Of a DNA stretch of 64,000 nucleotides, positions 53,900 through 63,287 are shown piece after piece. Under the pieces are notes generated by a model. It had not been told where the DNA came from. It did no database searches and worked only from the letters and a program-made list of their open reading frames with translations. Where the stretch lies: positions 136,653-200,652 of the forward strand of contig RDEW01000064.1 in NCBI GenBank assembly GCA_011109175.1, written 5' to 3'. This stretch comes from Dicyema japonicum (lineage: Eukaryota; Animalia; Dicyemida). The position numbers and the translations under genes are program-made. Positions within the stretch are counted from its first letter, which is position 1. Every line of letters starts with the position of its first letter.

Positions 53900-54950
53900 C
53901 GTCAAAAAAGGATGACAAACCACTAAGGTGCCTGAAAATATTCATAGATACTCTTCCTGGCGATGGGAGTTTTTGTCCTCGACCACCTGAGAGAACCCCC
54001 TCCCCCTGCAAGAAGCGGTCCACTATGCTAAGTTAAGCATCAATGGGTTGAGGCAAAATTTTGGACTACGCTTTCTCCTGGTGGAGTTGAAGATCGACAT
54101 TGCTTCGATTTACAACTCCCTTTAAACGGACCTACTCCCGCTGTTACCTGTTGCATGTAAATATTGACTAACCGGACAAAAAACAAGGTGGTGGTCACCT
54201 CACTTTATACCGGAGAGATTTTAGATGCGTGGACATCACTTTGGAGACGTAGAACCTAATTGGGAAAGACGATGTACTGAAATCACTGCGATTTCACTTG
54301 GGAAATAAATAGAAATTTTTTTTTATGAACATCTGGGTTCCCCCACCTGATTTTTATCCAAAGCATTGTGCTACACTCGATTTATCCACCTACCTTGAAC
54401 GGTGTGATCAGTAGTTTGAGTTTGATATGTGGATTTTGTAATCCCTAACTGCATGCACGTATAACGCTTCCTGAGATTCTTAATAGCCATCTGAGGCTGA
54501 CGGGGAAGCACGAGGAACGACTAAGACCATGGTGATCTAAAAAATCTTGAACATGGGAGAGAGATAGGTAACCAGGATCATCGACACTACTTTGATTTAT
54601 ATTAGCTACCAAATCAACAAGCCTTTCAGTAGAGTTCGACTGACCAGTGTTGTCGCTCGTGTCGCGATTATCTGGGGGTTCGATCCCTACGTGATACTTA
54701 CCTAGTCGAAGGGTTCCGTTCTCTGCCTTCTTCTAATTAAAGATACCTCATGTGGTATCTCTACCTATCTCAGATGACGGTGTCTGTCGGCATCCAAAAA
54801 GAATATATCTTTTCCCTAATCAACTGGTGGGAAGTAATGCTTGGAAGGATGTGTCTCACTCTGACCGTGGGAACTGGGGTTATTGAATGAAGTAGAGTTT
54901 GACTACTAAAAACTCCTCGTTGTACTTTCCACTTATATTCGAATATGGAA
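53900..54950 (+). mobile_element. Degenerate LINE APE-endonuclease region
   Basis: KQGGG.LTL and NIWVPP-like motifs; many stops. Confidence 0.3.
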
Positions 54951-55449
54951 CTCAACGTTGATCAATAAACTGTTTTGCACGGGCACTGCTATCGACACCC
55001 TTACAATTTCCACCTATAAGGCTGTTTGATAATATGGCCTAGTAATATAGTTGTTTTGTGAGAAAACGACTTTTTTTTAATTTAACTAAGTTAAAAAAAG
55101 AAAAAAATCTTTTCAGCTAACTATGCGATCCTAGACTGATTGGGGGAGGTCAACCGGCGGGACTGGGATCTTTAAATAATTTCCATAACAGGCTTTAAGT
55201 CAGCTCGTATTTTGGGTGGTTTATGAGATATTGGAAAAGGATGTAATAGAGGGGGGTGTTTGCTAGGTTAGGAACTGCTCGGTAAAAGAACTAACCTATT
55301 GTAAATTCTAACTATCTAGTGTTTCCCCCAAAACTGCTTTTCTCAGAAGACGAGCTATAGCCTTGCCACTTCTCCGTTTCCTCTTCGCTCAGATCAATCA
55401 CCACAGCACTACTAAACTGTGACGTTAGCCTACATTATGTATCCCGCAG

Positions 55450-56650
55450 AGTCTTCTAAAATGCATGTATCCCTGTCTTTGATCTTCGGTTAGCGTCGTC
55501 ACAATGTCCTTGATAGCTGAATTCCCTAAACATCCACGTGAATGATGTACCAACTAGATGTCTGCTCAAATTGGATATCTTCATGCAGTGTTTCTCAACC
55601 TGTTTTTGTATCGCCTCTGTCCCATCAAAAATTGTCAATTATTTCGTCTTCTTTTTCAGAATTTATCATTTCATCTTCATCAATGAATTATTCTTTCTCA
55701 GAATTCTCCGATAACACCATTTAGTAGTATCTTCATTTTCATGGTGTTGAATATCAAGGAATGTTTCCATGTCCGGAGGGTCCAAAATTCCAATTTTCCT
55801 AAAAATTTCAGTAATATTATTTCCCCAATCATTTGGACTGACCTCGATATTTTGTTTACGCAATTTATTGAAACAATTTTTAGTTGCTTCATCCATGTTC
55901 TATTTGAGTGATCATAATTTATCGAACATTCATAATTATATTTTTTGTACCTTAAATTTTGAAATCATAACTGGCTTTAATTTATGGGTTCCAGTCATAT
56001 TTGTACATAACATAATTGAAACCCGATCTTTGAAATTTTTATATCCACCAAATCGTGATTTGCATATGCTCTTGGACAAAATCCTAGAGCCCTGTCTCGT
56101 CCATATTGTAAATTTCGTCTTCTTTATAATGTTTGGAAATTTTTTTCAAAGTGATCTACAAATCCTTCTAGGTCAGGTTGTTTGTCAGTTATCAATTCCC
56201 ATCTAATTTATGCATTCGAAAACTGTATTTTAAGAAAACCTTTTGAATTCTTGAAATCACAAATTGATAACTTTTTAGCAATATTTTGTGCTTTATTTGA
56301 TATTGGTCCATCATTTAACATAGCCCCTAACAAACAAATAAAAAAATACTCTTAGATTCCATCAAATCCATCCATTCAACTAGCTTAGCATCAAGTTCAG
56401 GAAATTTTAATGATTTGCATGGCTTTTTTGAAGGAATATAATTTTTAGATGTTTTCAATTTGGAATCTCAGGAATTAATAAAATTATTCACTGTTTTTCT
56501 TTAAATTCGACATTAAATAAATCAGAAAATCTGTGACCGATTGTTTGGCACAATGTAGTATTATTCTCATCTTTATCTCTAAAAATTTCAAGTTTTTGGA
56601 AACAATTAAGCTTGTATAATTACAACGAGAAGCTTTCGAACACATGGTAA
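55450..56650 (-). mobile_element. Tigger/jerky-like transposase remnant
   Basis: Degenerate CENP-B HTH (AS..W.D.F-like) and DDE_1-like peptides; heavily frameshifted. Confidence 0.4.
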
Positions 56651-56964
56651 AATTTTTAAAAAAATAATTGAAAATGATTAGTAAAAATAAATTTTATTTT
56701 TTTTAATAATGTTGGCCAATTTCTTAGAAAAATTTGCTTTTCTATGAAAATTTGCCCTGACGTGAAATTTTGAACCAATTTGAGAATTGGGCAATTAGAG
56801 GGAGTTACTGTAGTTATGAATCCTTAATAACTACCACCGAAAAGCCAACTTTATAAAACCTCTAGTCGTCCATACTAACTTAATGATTATCTAAGAGGAC
56901 ACCTCTGTGCCATTTACTACTCAAAAACCCAAATATTAAAAATGATAAAAAAGAATAAAAAACG

Positions 56965-59900
56965 TTATATAAGATCAGTAAGCGCAATCCTAGGGACGAT
57001 ATTCATAGCAGTCAATTCCTGTATGAGTAATTTAAAAGCATAAGGGATCTTAATAGCAGCCATGGACTGTCCATCTCTACAGTTTTGACACCAATTCTCA
57101 TATCCCATTACTCCACACATTTGACAAATATGAGCAACAAACTCATCACTAGAGTGCACCAATCTCTCATAAATAAGACTGCTGGCCCCGTAAGCTATCA
57201 AACAATCTCTCTCCATTTCCCCAATTCTGAGTCCCCCTTCACGGGTTCTAACCTCCGTGGGTTGTCTAGTCAGATTAACAATAGGTCCAGTCGCCCTAGC
57301 ATGTATTTTGTCCCCCACCATGTGTTTCAATCTCTGATAGTAAACAATCCCATTATAAATATAACACTTTAACGGTAGACTATAATAACACCACAAATAA
57401 CCCCCCAATACCAGTGTACATGATATCCTCCCCAATGTAATTAAATCCATGAGTTTCTAATACCTTCTGAGTAAATTCCCTCTTATGCCCCGTGAAGACT
57501 ACGATAAGTTAGAGAAATACTAGTGGCATCGATGAAATCTCCGTTAATCGATGCCGCCTTCCCCGCCAATATTTCCAAAAGTTTACCCACAGTCATCCTT
57601 GAGGGGAAACCATGGGGATTCATGATCTAATATCCACCAAAAATTACAATATCAGGGATGTAGCCCTACAGTTACGTATTTCATCCAATCCATGACCTAC
57701 CATCAGTCCCAATACCACCTTAGTCTTGACCAGTGGTTTTTGGGGATATAATAAATTATAAATAACAGAGTCGTAACGGTCCCGATGATTCTCAGCCATT
57801 AGGCCCTGAGTCTGTTTGCACATTGCACACTGATAGGTTAGTCTGGGGGCAGGGTTGTGATTAGGGAATGGAATGGTAGAGGCAGCTATACCGATTAACG
57901 CACAACCAGCGATCTCCATGTGAGTATGATGTCTGACTAATTAATACAGCCATACTCAGTAAGCTCATCCCTATTACGGGCCAACACCACATCCTCCATT
58001 TCGTTGCCGTCAATAAACTCCAAAATCCCTTTCTTTGTCATGGTTTGCACTTGTCTACAATATATACCCAACAAACATGTATTTCCTCTGTAAAGCAATC
58101 TCCATTTCGGGGGTAACCAAACATCTCCCATTCTTTACTCTAAAGAAAGGTCTTATTAGGCGACCAGAATCATATGACACTATCACAAAACGACGTATTT
58201 CGTCCATATTAATGTTAACATAAAAGGGGAGGAGTGACAATCGACGTAGTCTTCTTATTCTCTCCACCAAATTAGCAGGTTCAGGAGTTATTCCAATAAA
58301 TTCCCCCAAATTAATAACAAAAGTACCATTAAGGAAAACCATATAGCTTGTAATACTAATAGCCTGAGGTCCCGATAACGATTCATCTACAAGCACTCCA
58401 AAGTTTCTCAATACGGTGGCTATAGCATCATGCTCAATATCACACGACACTTCAGTCAGGAGAGCAAAGTTCTTAACAAGTCCACAACTCTGTAATATAC
58501 AAATGAGGTAACCTCTCCCTCAGGGGTATCACATGGACATATGAAATAAAATTGAGTCCCGTGAATAGATCGGGGACCAACTGCCTTCCTAGACTTCTCA
58601 TATTGGGAGGCTATTCTCGTCAGATGCGTGAGTGTTGCGATATAACAACATCGATTCAACACTTGAGTAACCCCCGGTCTGTCCATTTTGAACATTTTTA
58701 TAACCCAATTCCCCTATAAATCACAACCCCCACTACAGTCAAAATAGCGCCCTCCATTCTGTCACAAATAAATCTGGGGGACATATAGTTAACCAAGTCA
58801 AATCCATTATTCTTGTATAACCTCTCATACCTCTTCCTCAACTAGGAATAACCCCCACTAACAAAATCAGTATTGAAAGTCTGAAACAAATCCTGAAATA
58901 ACAAGGAAAGCAATGAAGAAGCCAACTCCACCCGTTTGTTTCCACAATGTTCCTTACAGTCAACGGTCTCGGGCATTAGCTTACCCTTTATGAACCGGTA
59001 GAACATAATACACAAGTACACCGCCTTTCTCCTCAAATTGAGCCCATCACCCTGATAATAACACAGCAAATGACCTTAATGTGAGGCAGTACTGTGTCGG
59101 AAAGTACTCTATCAACCATATCACTTCTACTTAAGTCCTGAACCCCCTGTTCATAACCGCTTATACTCAATTTATCCTCCAAATACTTACGCGCCTACAA
59201 TTACCCCCAACAGCCACCGCCACAGCCGTGTGTACTTTAGCCACTTCATGACACTGATAGAGACTTGAAGTCAACATTGAGAAAGCCTCAGTTGTGAGTC
59301 CCATGTAGCCAATCGCTTCCTGATCTGTTTCAATGCCGAGGGCCTTCACGACAATGTACGCTGGGACAATCTCACAGAACGAGTTGTGTTTTATGTAAAA
59401 TATGTCGTTCTTGAGGAATAAAGTCAATTTACTCTTCCTTAGGGGGGTAGAACTACAGTTAACAGTGTAACTACCACATAACTGAACATTTCAGCTCTTC
59501 TCCGTCGTCCTCCACTATTATACGGTTTTTTATTGTCTGTTCCTGTATCATGAGTACTCGTTCGGTTCCCTTCACGACAAAGTATCCCCCAGGATCAAGT
59601 GGACATTCCTGGATGGCGATCATCTGATAATCCCTGTGAAGATCGTTCCTGATTATGTTGCAGCATTTGGACTGCAGCATTATTGGCATTCTACATGACA
59701 CCATAGGGTACCGGCCAATCAGGACCTTCTCTTTCTGTACATATGACCCGAGTGCTCCCTTCTGGTAGACAATATCAACGTAAATATCAGCAGAATATGA
59801 CATATTCCTTTGACGGCACTAAAGTGACCCACGTCAACAACTTCATTCGGATAAATATCCCGCATAGCTCCTAATCCGTCTGATACTTCAGGGTGACCAA

Positions 59901-60230
59901 CATAGATATCCTTATATCTGAGAATGATATCACAAATTACTCTATAAACAAGCTTCCTGTGGCAAATGAGTAAAATTGATTCTGTGCCCTCACAATCTCT
60001 TTAATCTAATAATAATGGAAGTAACAACGTGTTTTTGAACGAAACTGTTGAACGAATTAATTTGCATCTTCACTAGTCCACCAAAGTGAAGATATTGAGG
60101 AAGAAAGGACTCCGTACCCTACAATTTATATCAAACTAAGACTTTAAACTCTCTTAAGTGTGATCGATCATTTAAATACAACTCTGAAAATCTTTGGTTA
60201 CTATTGCGTAAATAATAACAATTACTGCAT
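56965..60230 (-). CDS. POLR3B: RNA polymerase III second-largest subunit RPC2 with 18 canonical micro-introns (21-25 nt); lacks about 195 codons of the hybrid-binding region
   Basis: [14 protein letters not shown]|[53 protein letters not shown] (RPC2-type), CPCDTPEGE|[20 protein letters not shown]|[52 protein letters not shown]...[20 protein letters not shown] at 60230, TAA at 56965-56967. Confidence 0.95.
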
Positions 60231-60502
60231 CCACTAATAAATTCTAAAGCATTCACTGATTTTAAACGTTTATTATTTGTTATTTAGGTTAACCACTTAA
60301 TAATTATTTTTAAAATATTATTAATTTTATAATATTCAATCTTAAAATACGAAAATGATAAAACCAAAAGTTCTATCGGCTCGCTAAGAAATTTCCGTCT
60401 CCAATCGGCTTCACTGTAAAGATCAAAGTAGCCATTTCCGTTCGACAGTGGAAACAATGGAGACGCACAGGCTTCGAATGTCACGTTTGGTTGCGGGAAC
60501 TA

Positions 60503-60575
60503 GGATCACCTAACTATTTGACATTTCTTTTGTATTTTTTTCTCGGTGATCCCGGGGTTAATAAATAAAATAATA
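60503..60575 (+). other. LINE 3'-terminal stem-loop and tail (clearest copy)
   Basis: GGATCACC-(T-rich 34-nt loop)-GGTGATCC perfect 8-bp stem; LGS/GIT* end inside the 5' arm; followed by CGGGGTTAATAAATAAAA. Confidence 0.6.
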
Positions 60576-60699
60576 AAAGTTCTGTATTTTCGATATCCTA
60601 ATAATACTCCCATGTCTCAATTGAATTTGACAAAAACGTGACTATTAAAAACACGTGTTTGTTAATGGCAATATCACCCTAATAATGGAAAATATTAAA

Positions 60700-62190
60700 T
60701 TTTGAACGGAAGGATGCCTAATGAATTGTGGAATGATGTGCAGTTGGTTATCAGGAACGCTGCAATAAAACATGTCAAATACAAAATGCTCTGAGTGGCT
60801 CTCTGCCAACACCCTAAACATTGCTAAGGCTCGTAAAGCTGCTAAAATCTCTGGGAATATAGACTAGACAAGAAAACTTAACTCTGAGTTCAAAAAGGCA
60901 GCCAGGAAGGATAAGGACTACTCGAGGTTACGCTGCAAAAAATGGAAGATGACTATAAGAGAGGTCACACTAGAAATGCGTATTTACAACTAAAAAGATT
61001 ATAAACCCCCTATACGAAAATGATGGGCAAAATCAAGGACAATGACGGTGTTGAATTACTAAGCCAACAAACATCCGAAATTGATGGAGAGAATATACGG
61101 AAAGGCTATATTCAAAAATCGTGTGCCAACCCATATATGTTAATGAAGCAACGTTGGGTGAAAGGCATAAAATCCTCGAGGAGGGATGCGTGTGGGCTAC
61201 ACAGCAATTAACGGGGAACAAGACACCGGGGATTGACAACATCTCAAGCGAATTATTGAAGGCTATACCGGTGACAGCTATCACCAGTCTATTTCAAAAA
61301 AATTGTGAAACTGGTATTTGGCCACGTGAGTGGAAAAGATCTATATTTATTCCAATACCGAAAAAAGGGGATACCTAGAACTGTTCAAACTATCGTACAA
61401 TAGCCTTAATTCCCCACGTCCGCAAAAGACTTCTAAAGATAATACAACATTGTCTAATGCCAAATGCCGAAATGATTCTACCGGATGTCCAAGCAGGATT
61501 CAGGAAGGGACGAGGCACACGTGACCAAAAGTCCGGTGGATTAGGGGGAAAGCCCATGAATCCCAAAAGAGTGTATAAAAGCTTTTGATTCCGTTATACA
61601 TGACAAGCTGTGGTCCGCTTTAAAAGAATTTGGATTCGATGCCTATCTGACATTGCTTATCAAATCTCTTTAAAGGATCAAGAAACTACTGTTAGAACAG
61701 TGTATGGAAATACCGATTAGTTCAAAATTGGTAAAGGAGTAAGACAAGGATGCTCATTATCTCTCATCCTATTCAATATGTATGCCGAAATGATCATGAC
61801 TAATTTGGATACTGTATCAAATAACGGGATTAAAATTGGAGGCAGAAACATCAATAAATTGCGCTATGCTGACGATACAACCTTACTGGCTGAAACAGAG
61901 GATGGCCTCAGAAAGTTGATTCTAAGATTCAGAGAAGAGAGCGCCGTCTTCGGTTTATTGCTAAATAATGACGACTGGTAATAATGGAATAATAGGAACA
62001 AAAATTGGGAATGAGAAAATAGAGAGTTGCGTTAATGTTGTCTTTCTGAGATGTCTAATTAATCGGAATGGTGACGGAGGCCTGGAAATCAAGAGGCGAA
62101 TTGCCATGGGACGAGACACCTTCCAGAGAATGAATAGAATTTGGAAAAGCAAAGATATTTGCTTAAGGCCAAATAATCCAATTTATTTTC
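60700..62190 (+). mobile_element. RTE-1/BovB-like LINE, RT region, frameshifted
   Basis: TPGIDNISSELLKA, WPREWKRSIFIPIPKKGD, NYRTIALI, QAGFRKGRGTRDQ, GVRQGCSLS, GIKIGGRNINKLRYADDTTLLAE, EIKRRIAMG. Confidence 0.85.
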
Positions 62191-62365
62191 CCCCTGTTTC
62201 TCTGTCAGTCCTTGTCTTTATAAATTGAACCTTTGCAGAAAGTCCGAGCCTGCCTTCGTGTCTAACTAATGATACCATACTTTGTATCTTCGGGGACTTG
62301 AATAATCAAATTCAGAAAAATCTTCCCATGTTCTAATAATTAATTATTATTTTTTACTAAAAAAT

Positions 62366-62487
62366 TGTACGACACTGTGAGTGCCCCGGCGGTCACCCAG
62401 CCAAGTACAAACACAGCCTATAAACGCTTAACTTGCGAGGTAAATATAATAAAGAGCAGGGGATTCAAAAGTGAGTCTTGTGGTATT
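62366..62487 (-). rRNA. 5S rRNA-like gene (divergent copy or pseudogene)
   Basis: Minus strand about 120 nt: ...AAGTTAAGC...GGCTGTGTTTGTACTTGGCTGGGTGACCGCCGGGGCACTCACAGTGTCGTAC, then a T-run. Matches the 5S box A and box C pattern; pairing TACCACA/TGTCGTA (helix I) and CTGTG/CACAG (helix V). Confidence 0.7.
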
Positions 62488-62599
62488 CCCCTTTTCATTA
62501 CAATCGTATCCTCTGCATCTCAAAAATTATTCTCTTAATGTCAGAAGATTTCTTAACCAATCAAGTAAAAGTTTTGCGATTTCAGATACGATTAGCTGA

Positions 62600-63200
62600 C
62601 AAAACTATGCGTCATACCAACACCAATGTCGCTGTGGAGGGATCGTCGATGCCAAAGGGCTGCACCCACTCTCGTGCAAAAGGAGTGCGAGCAGAGCACC
62701 CCGCCATGCTGCTATGAACAACATTGTCATGCGAGCGTTTGAAGCGGCAGGTTTCCCGGCAGTACTGGAGACTGTGGGATTGGACCGCGGAGATGGGAAA
62801 AAATTGGATGGGTTAACTATCTTTCTGTTCATTAAGGGAAAATCGCTCGTATGGGACTGCACTGTTGTGGACTCTTTTTCGAACTAGATGATGCTCAGCT
62901 CGGCGCAGTCAGCTGGATCGGCAGCCGATCTGGCCGAGAAAATCAAGATTAAAAAATATGGCGAAATTGGAGACCGCTAACGTTTTGTATCGTTAGCAAT
63001 CGAGACCTCTGGTTCGGCCGGAAATATTACAGCCTCTTTCCTAAAGGAAATCGGGGGAAAATTGGCCCACCGTAAGAAAGACGTGTGGGAAGCGGTCTGG
63101 CTGAGGCAAAGAATTGGTATCGCAGTTGTTCGCGGAAACGCTTACTCCGTGATGTCAGCAGCCGCTCTCCCCATAGTTAATAAATAATATTTTATTGTTA
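62600..63200 (+). mobile_element. CRE-like RLE-domain 3' end
   Basis: HPLSCKRSASRAPRHAAMNNIVMRAFEAAGFPAVLETVGLDRGDGKKLDGLTIF...LVWDCTVVDSF...KIKKY...RQRIGIAVVRGNAYSV. Confidence 0.8.
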
Positions 63201-63287
63201 ATAAATTTTTGAAATAAAAAAAATTATCTATGTCATAATCAACTCTGATATATATAAATTATTTATCGTTAATAAAAAAAAATTCAC

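Noticed and set aside
54670-54700. B-box-like GGTTCGATCCC
   Set aside because: No A box or cloverleaf; it lies inside a degenerate LINE region.
55115-55175. HDV-like ribozyme fold on the minus strand (P1 GATCCCA/TAGGATC, P3 GAC/GTC)
   Set aside because: No P2 partner, P1.1 GG or catalytic J4/2 segment is found downstream.
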